54,488 nt of DNA from an uncultured Saprospiraceae bacterium (lineage in GTDB: Bacteria > Bacteroidota > Bacteroidia > Chitinophagales > Saprospiraceae). The stretch is taken from the NCBI GenBank assembly GCA_938002705.1, contig CALLAG010000197.1, forward strand, positions 1-54,488, in the 5' to 3' direction. How positions within the stretch are numbered: position 1 is the first letter of the stretch; each line of letters starts with the position of its first letter. The notes beneath the pieces were generated by a model that saw only the letters and a list, made by a program, of their open reading frames with translations, searched no databases and was not told the DNA's origin. This document shows, in pieces, positions 36,111 through 46,287 of the stretch. The position numbers were made by a program, and so were the translations under genes.

Positions 36111-37352
36111 CTAACTCTGGTCACCTGTCAAAGCTGCAAAGTCAAATTGTAATGTAAATCTTAGTGTATTATCTAATGGATTTCTTCTATTATTAGTAGG
36201 TACTAAGTATGATAGATCTATCTGGAATACATTATACTTTAATCCTGCTCCTACTGTGATGAACTGTCTGTCACCTTTGAGTGGATTCTCATAATAATAT
36301 CCTGCTCTTACAGCGAATTGTCCACTGTACCAGTATTCCATACCAAATGACATAGTGTACTCCTTAAGCTCTTCGCTAAATCCACCCGGTGCATCACCAA
36401 AAGAATTAACCACAGCTGAGAACATAGACTGCTCTTTGTAATCAGGTCCTACTTCTCCTCCTGCATCATAGTCTGGATTATCTGAAGTAACGCCAAATTC
36501 ATCCACTAAAGTCGGAGATATCGGAGATGGAACGAGTAACTTATTTATATCAAATAAGAATGTCATACTATTATATTCATCAAAATTCAACTGAAGACCA
36601 GCTCCTAATCCAAGGTTAGCAGGTAAGAAATCTTTGATGACATTACCAGTGTAAGTAATCTTACTTCCGAGGTTAGTCACAGCTGCACCGAAAGTCCACA
36701 GACTACCATTAGCAGCAAGATTACCTTTCTTCTTATATGTAAGTGATAGATCTGCTGCGAATGCATTAGCAGAGTTAATATCTGTGTTACCTACACGCTG
36801 ACCAGAGGCAAGATTAGAATAGATGTACTTAGCTGTAAGCCCAGCTGAGAAGTTCTCTGATAGCTTTCTGTTGTATGATACTGCAAATTCTAATTCTCTC
36901 GGCTGACCTGTACCCGCTGGGTTACCGTCATTATCAGTAAAGTTAATCTCTCCAAGTGAGAAGAATCTTAACCCAAATCCTATAGTCTGCAGATCATCCA
37001 CTTTCTTATATCCAGTAAGATATGTAAGGAAGACATCATTAAGCCCTAAGTTTCTCAGCCATGGTGTATAAGTAGCAGAAAAGCTTGCATCTTTTTCGGC
37101 GAAAGCCAATCGAGATGAGTTGTAATGTATCGCATTAGGGTCAGCAGAAGCGGCTATACCAGCATCTCCCATAGCACCTCCACGTGCATCGGGTATTATT
37201 CTTAAGAATGGAACTGCTGAGAGTATCGTGCTTGGAAGACAATTGCCGTCAGAATCTAATATACATCCTGATTCAGGATTGAACCCAATTTGAGCTTGAT
37301 TAGTATTAATTGCTAATAGTGCAAATACTAAAAGTGTTAGTGTTTTTTTCAT
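36111..37352 (-). CDS. porV: T9SS outer-membrane beta-barrel protein PorV (LptO)
   Basis: 413 aa with a signal peptide. PFLRIIPDARGGAMGDAGIA is the typical PorV N-terminal motif. It lies immediately downstream of porU. Confidence 0.85.
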   Translation of the reverse strand: MKKTLTLLVFALLAINTNQAQIGFNPESGCILDSDGNCLPSTILSAVPFLRIIPDARGGAMGDAGIAASADPNAIHYNSSRLAFAEKDASFSATYTPWLRNLGLNDVFLTYLTGYKKVDDLQTIGFGLRFFSLGEINFTDNDGNPAGTGQPRELEFAVSYNRKLSENFSAGLTAKYIYSNLASGQRVGNTDINSANAFAADLSLTYKKKGNLAANGSLWTFGAAVTNLGSKITYTGNVIKDFLPANLGLGAGLQLNFDEYNSMTFLFDINKLLVPSPISPTLVDEFGVTSDNPDYDAGGEVGPDYKEQSMFSAVVNSFGDAPGGFSEELKEYTMSFGMEYWYSGQFAVRAGYYYENPLKGDRQFITVGAGLKYNVFQIDLSYLVPTNNRRNPLDNTLRFTLQFDFAALTGDQS

Positions 37353-37490
37353 TGAATTTGAAATTGCAGTTAAAATTACGACTATATATTGATATTAGGA
37401 AAAATCATTTTCAGAATGATATAAAAATGAATATCAATTAGTTATAGATGTGAAATTTTTTTAATGTGTTTGTAGTATTTTTGTTTCCGA

Positions 37491-40400
37491 TTAGTTGAGA
37501 AGTACGAGCTTTTTCATTTCGCTCTCTCTCTCAAGATTTAACTCATTAGAGACTAACTTTATTTTATAGAGATAGATTCCTTTAGAAATTTTTCCTCCCG
37601 AATAGTCAGATGCATTCCATTCTATATCATCTATTCGATTATCAAAGCTAAATCGTTCTTCGTTGATCGACTTTATTAATACGCCAGACATAGAGTATAT
37701 GTCTATAGTTATATCAATATTAGTATCAGATAGATCATGCTCAAAAGCAAATGTAGTATTATCTACAAATGGATTAGGGTAGTTAATCACATTATTTATA
37801 AATCCTTCGAGGTTCTCCACTACTAAGAACTCTGACACTTCTTCCGTAGAGTTATTAAGAACATCCCAGGCCTTGACGTATACGGTATGTAGGCCTATCT
37901 CTAAATCGTCTAATTTGTAACTCACAGAACCAGATCCTACTTCATCTACATTAGGCTCATAGAAATTGTTAAGTACATATCCACTATTGGATTTGTCATC
38001 TATGTGGGCAGTGATATCATGCCCTATGCTTGTACTGCTTAGGTTGATCCCTGTCTCGTCTGATAGGTCTATTATGAGCTCAGTATTTTTTCCTGTGGGA
38101 TCACCACTGACAAAAGTTCTATCATCAAAAAATATGTCTATCTCAGGACCTTCATTGTCTACAATTACTGACTCCGAAGTACCTCCTATGGTGATATCGC
38201 TATAATGGCCTCCTGCATCTTCTCTATTGCCGTCACTAGCATAGAAACTGAACATCCCCTTGCCATAGTCAAAGTCAATATTTTGAGGTAATATTAATTC
38301 TATAGAGAACTTGCCTGCAGTCACTGATGCACTTCCTTTATATAATACACTTTTTCTAAGTTGGAAGTCATAGATTCTTCCTTTGTTGTCATTATCTAAG
38401 GTCTTTAAGTCACTTGATTTATCGTATACAGTTAACGAAATACTGCCATTAAAATCGTTAAGCTCTTCTCCTGTGAATGTTTCTATGGATCCTGTTAATA
38501 CTACCTTCTCTAATGCACCAATTGTATCTTGTAGTTGATCATCGACTTGTTGACCATTTATGGTATTAAGCACAACCTTGTTCTTAGGTAAGGTCAGTTG
38601 CATAGATGGGTCGCCTATAAGCATGAATTTCCTCGTATTAGTAAGTACATTGGTTCCACTTACTTCTACTATTTCGTTTTGTGCAGCTGTAAGAACATCT
38701 CCGAATCTCAATCTTTGACCTTGATTACGTAAGAATATTTTTTCGAATACTTTTCTAGTAAGTTTCTCATTAGAGCTCGAGTATACTGCTCTTACTGTGG
38801 TGAATAATCCTATGGCACCACCTCTACTATTCATCAAAGCGTGCTCTCCGGCAGATACAAAACTTGGCTCATCGAATCCTGTAAATGAACACGTAGCAGT
38901 GATAATGACTGGAAGTTTGTTGTAGTTTCTCCAGTTGATGATGTCATTTACTTGTAGTACTCTTTCTTGAGCCCATCCTTTCGGGCCACCATGACCAAGG
39001 TAGTTTAGGACCAGCTGACCGTTATCGATATTGGTATTTATTGCTGCATTAGCATCTGGATATCTTGTCCCACCTGGAGTAGCGACTTGATTGAATGCAT
39101 CAAAGTATACTTTCTGTTGTATTAATTCGGGATGATTTTCTTCCGTCGTTTTTGCAATACTATCGGCATCCCTTATATGTATATTACTATCCTCATCGTC
39201 AGCTGTAAATCCTATACGCATCTTCCAATCTCCTAATGTAGCAGGACTTGTATCATAATTGATGATTTTATTGACAACATCCATTGCTTGGTCTGCAGTC
39301 TGAGCTGGTATTCTCCCTATACCTAATTCTAAGTCACCAGATAACAGATCGTTACCCTCATCTTCAGATAATAAGCCGAAAAAATCATCTGTAGGAAATG
39401 CATCTACAGGGTGTAATGATTCATCTGTCTCGTAAGTAGGTATATAATTCTGAAATTCTAATTGGTCGTTAAGACCTCTATAGTCATAAGAAGCGTCACC
39501 CATGAGTAGGAGATACTTAAAAGTGGTGTCTCGTGTATGTACCATTCTACAGAAATCTCTTATTGCTGTAGGGTCGACTCTACCTGAGCTATATTCATTA
39601 TATATATCGTCGATATCTACGACGATGGAGATTAAGCCATCATTCTCACTTCTATGAGAAGCTAGCCTCTCAGCGGCTTCAGAGAAGTTGCTATGTGTGA
39701 TTATAATGAAGTCAGCTTCGCTGATGCTGTGTATATTTTGATTATCTACTTTTTCTACAAATGATGGCTGTGGATGCTGTCCTGATTTTTCTAAAGCCAC
39801 AAATGCTTTTAGTTTATTTTCTGTATCGAATGCAAAGGTCTTATCCATACCCGATGATTCTGGTATAATACTGCTCACATTATGAGGCTCTGAGATATCC
39901 CATATTAATAAGTCTTCAGTACTATTAATCCTGAATCCGTAACTATCATAGTTAAGCATATCTCTGTCTATGAGTAGCAGAGGAGTGCCGGTGTAGATAT
40001 TATTCTCTTGGCCTATCATCTCTATGTAATCGAGCCATCCTTCCCCTTGGGGACCATTAGCAAAGAATTCTATGCTAATATTGGGGTTTGGTCCTGAGAT
40101 AGTAACTTGTTCATTAATGGTTCTAATGTGAGCGTATAAGCTTTCTATATTATCTAATGTCGTTCTTGATATGCTGCTTGTTTTAGTATCTCCATCTACA
40201 TTTACATCATATCTCATTGTTACCTCGTTCCTACCTATAAATCTTACTTTTAAGCTTGCTGTACTATTAGGTACTGCATGGGCAAATGGGAAAGATCTGC
40301 TAAAATCTTGCACAGTTTCATTGGCAAAAGATTCTCCGAACCATTCCTTACCTGACCCTTGTGTACCTCCAAAATTGCCTAAAAGATTAAGTCTATCATT

Positions 40401-40934
40401 CTCATGTCTATATACGGATTCTCTTGTACTGGATATGATTTCAGGATTATTGATAGAATTCAGGTTTTGTATCCGAGGACCATTTTCTGATTCTATTTTT
40501 ATAAAAAAGTAATTATTAAGGTCGTAAGGGTTTTTCTGGTAGTTAATATTGTCATTATCGTAGTGATAAGTACTGGCTCCTTCTGCATAGAATAGTATGT
40601 AATCCTGTGGATCAAAACTGCCATCATTCTCTCCTTCTATGTATATTGCATTATCAGAAAGATCATCAGTTCTCGATTCGTTGACTAATTGTGGTACTGG
40701 ACCGCCAGTATTACCATATATATGTATTTTTCTTGGATCAATATTATTGACATCTATTCCGTTAATATTAGACAAGAACTCATAATCTATCTTATATACA
40801 CCAGTTTCTCCAATTGATATTTTATAGATATCGCCTGATGCTAAGACAGATGTTTGTTTATTTTGTGCTGTAATACCTGTCGAGCTAAGGACGATGATAG
40901 AGGAGATGATAGAGAGGATAGAAAAGATTTTCAT
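37491..40934 (-). CDS. porU: T9SS C-terminal-signal peptidase/sortase PorU (peptidase C25 family)
   Basis: 1147 aa with a signal peptide. There is a gingipain-like caspase-fold region (...YLLLMGDASYDYR..., ...LNYLGHGGP..., ...ATCSFTGFD...) and its own type-A CTD (NYPNPFVDNTTFAFE...GIYLYKIKL). It shows synteny with porV and gldJ. Confidence 0.85.
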   Translation of the reverse strand: MKIFSILSIISSIIVLSSTGITAQNKQTSVLASGDIYKISIGETGVYKIDYEFLSNINGIDVNNIDPRKIHIYGNTGGPVPQLVNESRTDDLSDNAIYIEGENDGSFDPQDYILFYAEGASTYHYDNDNINYQKNPYDLNNYFFIKIESENGPRIQNLNSINNPEIISSTRESVYRHENDRLNLLGNFGGTQGSGKEWFGESFANETVQDFSRSFPFAHAVPNSTASLKVRFIGRNEVTMRYDVNVDGDTKTSSISRTTLDNIESLYAHIRTINEQVTISGPNPNISIEFFANGPQGEGWLDYIEMIGQENNIYTGTPLLLIDRDMLNYDSYGFRINSTEDLLIWDISEPHNVSSIIPESSGMDKTFAFDTENKLKAFVALEKSGQHPQPSFVEKVDNQNIHSISEADFIIITHSNFSEAAERLASHRSENDGLISIVVDIDDIYNEYSSGRVDPTAIRDFCRMVHTRDTTFKYLLLMGDASYDYRGLNDQLEFQNYIPTYETDESLHPVDAFPTDDFFGLLSEDEGNDLLSGDLELGIGRIPAQTADQAMDVVNKIINYDTSPATLGDWKMRIGFTADDEDSNIHIRDADSIAKTTEENHPELIQQKVYFDAFNQVATPGGTRYPDANAAINTNIDNGQLVLNYLGHGGPKGWAQERVLQVNDIINWRNYNKLPVIITATCSFTGFDEPSFVSAGEHALMNSRGGAIGLFTTVRAVYSSSNEKLTRKVFEKIFLRNQGQRLRFGDVLTAAQNEIVEVSGTNVLTNTRKFMLIGDPSMQLTLPKNKVVLNTINGQQVDDQLQDTIGALEKVVLTGSIETFTGEELNDFNGSISLTVYDKSSDLKTLDNDNKGRIYDFQLRKSVLYKGSASVTAGKFSIELILPQNIDFDYGKGMFSFYASDGNREDAGGHYSDITIGGTSESVIVDNEGPEIDIFFDDRTFVSGDPTGKNTELIIDLSDETGINLSSTSIGHDITAHIDDKSNSGYVLNNFYEPNVDEVGSGSVSYKLDDLEIGLHTVYVKAWDVLNNSTEEVSEFLVVENLEGFINNVINYPNPFVDNTTFAFEHDLSDTNIDITIDIYSMSGVLIKSINEERFSFDNRIDDIEWNASDYSGGKISKGIYLYKIKLVSNELNLERESEMKKLVLLN

Positions 40935-41025
40935 GATGGCTTATAGTTATTTTCGTTATAGAAACGTTAAGTTATTACTTGTATTGCAATCAGATTTTTA
41001 AATCAAGCTTATTTTATCAATCAAG

Positions 41026-42048
41026 ATGATTCTACGACATTTTATACTAAGAAAACTGCTATTTATATCCTTTTGCTGCACAAGTATTACGGCATTAGGG
41101 CAAGATTTGGTTTTCAGCCAGTATTATAATGCGCCTATACACATTAATCCTGCTTTTGCTGGATTAAGTAACTATCCACAATTTACTAGTAATTATAGAT
41201 TACAATGGCCGGGCATAAATAATGTTTATAAGACTTTTGCGATTTCTTATGATCAATATTTTAAAGATCTCAATAGTGGAATAGGATTTACTGCTCTTAC
41301 TGATGATCAAGGAGACGGTACGCTTAAGACTACAGAGTTCTCAGGTATCTATGCCTATCGATTAAGATTTAGAAAAGATTGGCAGTTAAAGTTTGGATTA
41401 GAGGTGGGATATGCCCAATCACGATTGGATTTTAGCAAATTGATATTCTTTGATCAGATAGATCCTGGAGTGGGGCCTTTTAATGCCGCAGGAGTGCCAT
41501 TTCCGTCAGGAGAAATACAGCCTGATAATCTGAATAATGGGTATTTAGATATCAACTTTGGTATGCTATTATACAATCCGCAATTTTATGTCGGAATAAC
41601 ATTTGACCATATTAATGGTCCATATAGTGGCTTTCTGGCCAGTAATAGTAATGAAAACTACGCTATACCCGTGGTTCTGGCTATTAATGCAGGGACGCAA
41701 ATTGTATTAGAAAAAGACAATAAGGGCAGACCCAGAACGTTTATATCTCCGAACATCTTAATTGCTCGTCAGAACGACTTCAGCCAAATAAATGTTGGTG
41801 CTTACATGCAGGTCAATCAATTATTTGGAGGTGCATGGGTTCGGCATACTTTAAGTAATTTAGATGCTTTTATATTTACAGCAGGAGTTGATTTAGATTA
41901 TATAAAAATAGGCTACAGTTTTGATTTAACAGGCTCAAACCTTGGTCCTAATACTGGAGGAAGTCATGAAATAGGCATTATTTTGCGACTTAAAAATCTG
42001 GAAAAGAAAGAATCTAAATACAATGATTGTTTCAGTTTATTCCGTTAA
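41026..42048 (+). CDS. PorP/SprF family T9SS membrane protein (no adjacent type-B cargo)
   Basis: 340 aa with a signal peptide. The DLVFSQYYNAPIHINPAFAG motif is present and the body is beta-rich. Confidence 0.8.
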   Translation: MILRHFILRKLLFISFCCTSITALGQDLVFSQYYNAPIHINPAFAGLSNYPQFTSNYRLQWPGINNVYKTFAISYDQYFKDLNSGIGFTALTDDQGDGTLKTTEFSGIYAYRLRFRKDWQLKFGLEVGYAQSRLDFSKLIFFDQIDPGVGPFNAAGVPFPSGEIQPDNLNNGYLDINFGMLLYNPQFYVGITFDHINGPYSGFLASNSNENYAIPVVLAINAGTQIVLEKDNKGRPRTFISPNILIARQNDFSQINVGAYMQVNQLFGGAWVRHTLSNLDAFIFTAGVDLDYIKIGYSFDLTGSNLGPNTGGSHEIGIILRLKNLEKKESKYNDCFSLFR

Positions 42049-42058
42049 TTTACGGAAC

Positions 42059-42066
42059 TATTTTTG
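42059..42066 (+). promoter_or_regulatory. Candidate -7 promoter box (TAnnTTTG) for gldJ
   Basis: TATTTTTG lies 40 nt upstream of ATG 42106. The track's TTG start at 42064 lies inside this box, which argues for the 42106 start. Confidence 0.35.
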
Positions 42067-42105
42067 CAGCAATATTTAATATTATTACACAATTTATCAG
42101 TTAAT

Positions 42106-43623
42106 ATGAATAAGGTCATCAATTTACTACTCATACTTTTGGTCACACTAGCGTTTACCTCTTGCAAGAAAGGTGGTACTGGCGGTAGTGGAGAACTTGA
42201 TTCTGCTACAGGATGGGAGTATGGTAACCCCGAGTACGGGGGTTTCGAAAAATTAGATTATGAAGGTCAGATAACAGGACCTAATTTAGTCCTCATAGAA
42301 GGAGGTACATTCACTATGGGTATGTCTCAGCAAGATGTTACCTATGAGTGGAATAATGTACCCAGAAGAGTAACAGTCTCTTCATTCTACATGGACGAGT
42401 CAGAAGTAACTAACATCAACTGGAAGATGTACGAAGATTGGACTAAGAGGACGTATCAATCTTACCCTCAAGTATGGCAGGATCTTCTACCCGATACATT
42501 AGTATGGAGAGAAGAGCTCGCTTATAATGAGCCACTAACAAGAACCTACTACAGACACCCATCTTATGATGATTATCCCGTAGTCGGTGTATCTTGGAAT
42601 CAGACACAAGAATTCTGTAAGTGGAGATCTAACAGAGCTAACGAGATGATCCTTATAGAGAGAGGTATATATAACCCAAACTCTACTGAGCAAATAGATA
42701 GCGAAAGTTTTGATACAGAAGCATACTTAGCTGGTCAGTACGAAGGTAATGTCAGAAAGAATCTGGAAGACAAAGCTACAGGAGGGGAGAGACCTGTAAA
42801 GTTTGAAGATGGTATATTATTACCAGACTATAGACTACCTACAGAAGCTGAGTGGGAATATGCAGCATTAGCATTACAAGGTAATCAGCCAGATACAGGA
42901 GATGAGAACATCACAGATAGAAGAATCTATCCTTGGAATGGTAACACAGCAAGATACCAGAAGCATAATAAAAATCAAGGTAAGATAATGGCTAACTTTA
43001 AGAAAGGTCGAGGTGATTACATGGGTATGTCAGGTAATCTTAATGATAAAGCATCAGGCCCTGCCCCTAAAGGAAAATATATCCCTAATGATTTTGGATT
43101 ATATAATATGGCTGGTAATGTCAGTGAGTGGGTACAGGATACTTACAGACCTATGACTACTTCAGATCTTAGTGATCCTGAGAATCATGATCTGAATCCA
43201 TTCAGAGGTAACGTCTTTATGGAAGCAGTATTAGATGAGGAAGGTAAGCCGGTAGAGAAAGACAGTTTAGGTAGACTTAGATATGCTCAGGTTGAGGACG
43301 ATACTCTAGGACTCAGAGATAACTATAGAAAAGGTGATGTAAGAAATTATATCGATGGAGATAATGAGGAATTCGTTGAGTATGGTTACGGTAAGTGGTC
43401 ATTGATTAACGACGAATCTAAAGTATACAAAGGTGGTTCTTGGGCTGACAGATTATACTGGTTATCACCGGGTACAAGAAGATTCAAGGATGCAAGCAAG
43501 TCATCAAGCAAGATAGGATTCAGATGTGCTATGATAAGAGTAGGAGGAGAGACTGGTAATGACGATTCTGGAGGAATCGAGTTCCAAGAGAAAGGTGCAA
43601 AAGTTAAGCGTAGATATAAGTAA
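42106..43623 (+). CDS. gldJ: Gliding motility lipoprotein GldJ (FGE/SUMF1-like fold)
   Basis: Lipoprotein signal MNKVINLLLILLVTLAFTSC. The FGE-sulfatase-like domain shows GGTFTMG..., YRLPTEAEWEYAA, GNVSEWVQD, GGSWAD and GFRCA. Its position between porU and murF matches the Flavobacterium johnsoniae arrangement. Confidence 0.85.
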   Translation: MNKVINLLLILLVTLAFTSCKKGGTGGSGELDSATGWEYGNPEYGGFEKLDYEGQITGPNLVLIEGGTFTMGMSQQDVTYEWNNVPRRVTVSSFYMDESEVTNINWKMYEDWTKRTYQSYPQVWQDLLPDTLVWREELAYNEPLTRTYYRHPSYDDYPVVGVSWNQTQEFCKWRSNRANEMILIERGIYNPNSTEQIDSESFDTEAYLAGQYEGNVRKNLEDKATGGERPVKFEDGILLPDYRLPTEAEWEYAALALQGNQPDTGDENITDRRIYPWNGNTARYQKHNKNQGKIMANFKKGRGDYMGMSGNLNDKASGPAPKGKYIPNDFGLYNMAGNVSEWVQDTYRPMTTSDLSDPENHDLNPFRGNVFMEAVLDEEGKPVEKDSLGRLRYAQVEDDTLGLRDNYRKGDVRNYIDGDNEEFVEYGYGKWSLINDESKVYKGGSWADRLYWLSPGTRRFKDASKSSSKIGFRCAMIRVGGETGNDDSGGIEFQEKGAKVKRRYK

Positions 43624-43647
43624 TTATCAAGCGCAATAAAATATATA

Positions 43648-43683
43648 AAGCTTCTACTTGGTGACAGGTAGAAGCTTTTTTAT
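43648..43683 (+). terminator. Rho-independent terminator after gldJ
   Basis: AAGCTTCTAC / GTAGAAGCTT perfect 10-bp stem followed by TTTTTT. Confidence 0.75.
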
Positions 43684-43888
43684 TTATACCTCATATGAAT
43701 GGTATCTCTTTATTAGATTTATAGCAATTTAGTAATTCAATATCATTAAGTGATTTTGTAGATGTCATACTGATTGTCCACTTAATGATCTCATATGGGA
43801 TGAGGAGTCCTACAGTGGATATTATTGCTCAATACAAAAATTATAAAGTACTCATACTTAATTAACTAATGAATAAATATACTTGAAC

Positions 43889-45163
43889 ATGGATATGGCT
43901 AAACTCTATAAAGCATTCCTTAAGTCCAATGGGGTTTCTATAGACTCTCGATCTATATCAGATGGACAGATGTTTTTTGCTATCACTGGTGATAGATTTG
44001 ATGGGCACAGATTCATAGATGATGTCATAGAGAAGGGAGCATCTCTTGTGATTATCCATGACAAGGCCTATGATAGGGGTGATAAGACATTCTTAGTAGA
44101 GGACACTCTCAGGTGCTTGCAAGATCTTGCACACCACCATAGGATGCAATTAGATGTTCCTGTGATAGGTATTACGGGTTCTAACGGTAAGACCACAACT
44201 AAGGAACTCATACATGCGGTATTGTCTAAGAAATATAAGGTACATACTACTAAGGGTAATTACAATAACCATATCGGAGTACCTCTGACCTTATTATCAG
44301 CCGATATAGATAGTGAGATGCTTATCATTGAGATGGGAGCTAATCATCTGCTTGAGATAGATCAACTATGTCATATCGCAGCACCTAACTATGGACTTAT
44401 AACTAACGTGGGCTTAGCACATGTAGAGGGCTTCGGATCATGCGAAAACATAATCATCGGGAAGACAGAGATGTATAGATATATAGCAAAAGTCAATGGT
44501 TGCATATTCTATAATGATGAGGATCAAGTATTATCAAAGAAACTTCCGGAAGACACTAAGTGTGTGCCTTACTTAGTTTCTGACATAGAGTTCTTGTATA
44601 GTAATCCGACTCTCGCATTCAAGGATACTGATATGGATGAAGTATATAGCACCAAGTTATTCGGTATATATAACCAGACGAATGTAGAAGCGGCTATTAC
44701 ATTAGGAAGGTACTTTAAGGTACTAGACGAAGATATATTCCAAGCCATAGAAAGCTATACCCCTAATATGAATAGGTCTCAGCTTATACGAAAAGGTGAT
44801 ATCACCTACATAAAAGATGCTTATAACGCTAATCCTAACAGTATGAAATTAAGTATCAAAAGCCTTATGAATTTCGGTACTCAACCCAAGGTTCTTGTCC
44901 TCGGAGATATGATGGAATTAGGTGATGATAAGCTCATTCTGCATAGAGATATGCTGAGGTATATAGCTAATTATACTTGGAAGAAAGTCTTGTTAGTAGG
45001 ACCTATATTCGCAGAAGCCAATAAGGATTTCGATTATGTGTCTTATGACAATATTGGAGAATTAAAGAAGGATTATAGTTCATTAATATCTGAGTGGGCA
45101 GATAGTACCGTTCTACTCAAAGGATCAAGATCAATGAAAATAGAATCCCTAATCGAAGACTAA
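43889..45163 (+). CDS. murF: UDP-N-acetylmuramoyl-tripeptide--D-alanyl-D-alanine ligase
   Basis: Mur ligase P-loop GITGSNGKTTTKE, then NNHIGVPLTLL, then the C-terminal DAYNANPNSM and VLGDMMELG. The start may be TTG 43883, ATG 43889 or ATG 43895. Confidence 0.85.
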   Translation: MDMAKLYKAFLKSNGVSIDSRSISDGQMFFAITGDRFDGHRFIDDVIEKGASLVIIHDKAYDRGDKTFLVEDTLRCLQDLAHHHRMQLDVPVIGITGSNGKTTTKELIHAVLSKKYKVHTTKGNYNNHIGVPLTLLSADIDSEMLIIEMGANHLLEIDQLCHIAAPNYGLITNVGLAHVEGFGSCENIIIGKTEMYRYIAKVNGCIFYNDEDQVLSKKLPEDTKCVPYLVSDIEFLYSNPTLAFKDTDMDEVYSTKLFGIYNQTNVEAAITLGRYFKVLDEDIFQAIESYTPNMNRSQLIRKGDITYIKDAYNANPNSMKLSIKSLMNFGTQPKVLVLGDMMELGDDKLILHRDMLRYIANYTWKKVLLVGPIFAEANKDFDYVSYDNIGELKKDYSSLISEWADSTVLLKGSRSMKIESLIED

Positions 45164-45172
45164 GTAGTATTC

Positions 45173-46075
45173 TTAATGTAATGCAAGGATAATATCAGGT
45201 ATGTCGCCCTGTATGAGGTCGTTATAATCTTTTTCAGTACAAGGATATACTTTTCCATCATTAGGGTGCTTAAAGGACCACCTACCAGTAATGATACTTT
45301 TAGTAAATTCTATGGCCTTATCAGATATGTCGCTCTGGACGAGATAAGTGATATTATTCTCTGGTAGGGTGTCTATGTCTTGATTCATACGACCTTCTAT
45401 GAAGTACCATAACATTAATGTTATCAGATCTTCTGTACCACCGGCGAGGTCTTCGTCTCCTATATTGATACAGAATGATTGTAGATCAGAAGATAATCCA
45501 GCTGATCGAGAGATTGAGCAAGCTTCATATATATCTAATCCAGTTATGTCAGATCGAGAAGAGAATGAATCCTGGATCCTCACTGCATTAATATCAAACA
45601 GAAGATTATCTGTTTTTCTGATAAGTGTATCTGCCAAGTCTTTAGAGTGCTTATACTCTCCGAGGCTGACTGATGGTTTGATAGGGATAGGACACAAGTG
45701 CCTTTGATAGCCTATGTTGTGCTTATGAGGATCTGCATATTTAGATATGTACAGGGCATGAGCATTATATTCTTCTAATATGACAAGTTCTTTACAAGAT
45801 GCGATTATGAAGTTAACACCATTCTTGGTCGCAGCCCCTACATTCATTGAATTCTCTACTGAAAATACGTTAAATTCGAAATTTTCGTAAATGTTAAGCT
45901 TGTCTAATAATTTTGAATAAAGCTCATTTCTATCTACTTTTTCACTGAAATACAGATTTATAGTATTTTTTTGGGAGCCTGGATATCTCACCAAAAATTT
46001 CTCGAATAAATGACAACTGGACGCTAATTCTTTTGGATTACCGTCACGGTTATTGCTACTATTTTGTGTGCTCAT
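45173..46075 (-). CDS. Hypothetical protein
   Basis: Roughly 300-aa ORF taken from ATG 46075 (the track uses TTG 46096). It looks soluble with no signal peptide. I could not assign a family with confidence. Confidence 0.5.
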   Translation of the reverse strand: MSTQNSSNNRDGNPKELASSCHLFEKFLVRYPGSQKNTINLYFSEKVDRNELYSKLLDKLNIYENFEFNVFSVENSMNVGAATKNGVNFIIASCKELVILEEYNAHALYISKYADPHKHNIGYQRHLCPIPIKPSVSLGEYKHSKDLADTLIRKTDNLLFDINAVRIQDSFSSRSDITGLDIYEACSISRSAGLSSDLQSFCINIGDEDLAGGTEDLITLMLWYFIEGRMNQDIDTLPENNITYLVQSDISDKAIEFTKSIITGRWSFKHPNDGKVYPCTEKDYNDLIQGDIPDIILALH

Positions 46076-46287
46076 GAGTACATTCTTGTAACACAAATTT
46101 AGTAATTGCTGAAAATAAAAGGTTTAAACATTATAATTATTTATAATATATAACTAATTTTGTTTAGTTATTATAATTAATGAATATGTGAGAATGCCAT
46201 TTTTATAATAATTATTGCATTAACTTATTATAAAGTGACTTAACGAACACTTGATAATTGAGATTTTGAAACTTGGAAAACTACGAC

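Noticed and set aside
45173-46075. Possible degenerate arginase/formiminoglutamase-fold protein, based on the NAHAL and FDINAVRIQD segments and the WYFIEG tail.
   Set aside because: The spacing between the putative metal-binding motifs does not fit the ureohydrolase fold, and the resemblance rests on vague recall. It is left as hypothetical.
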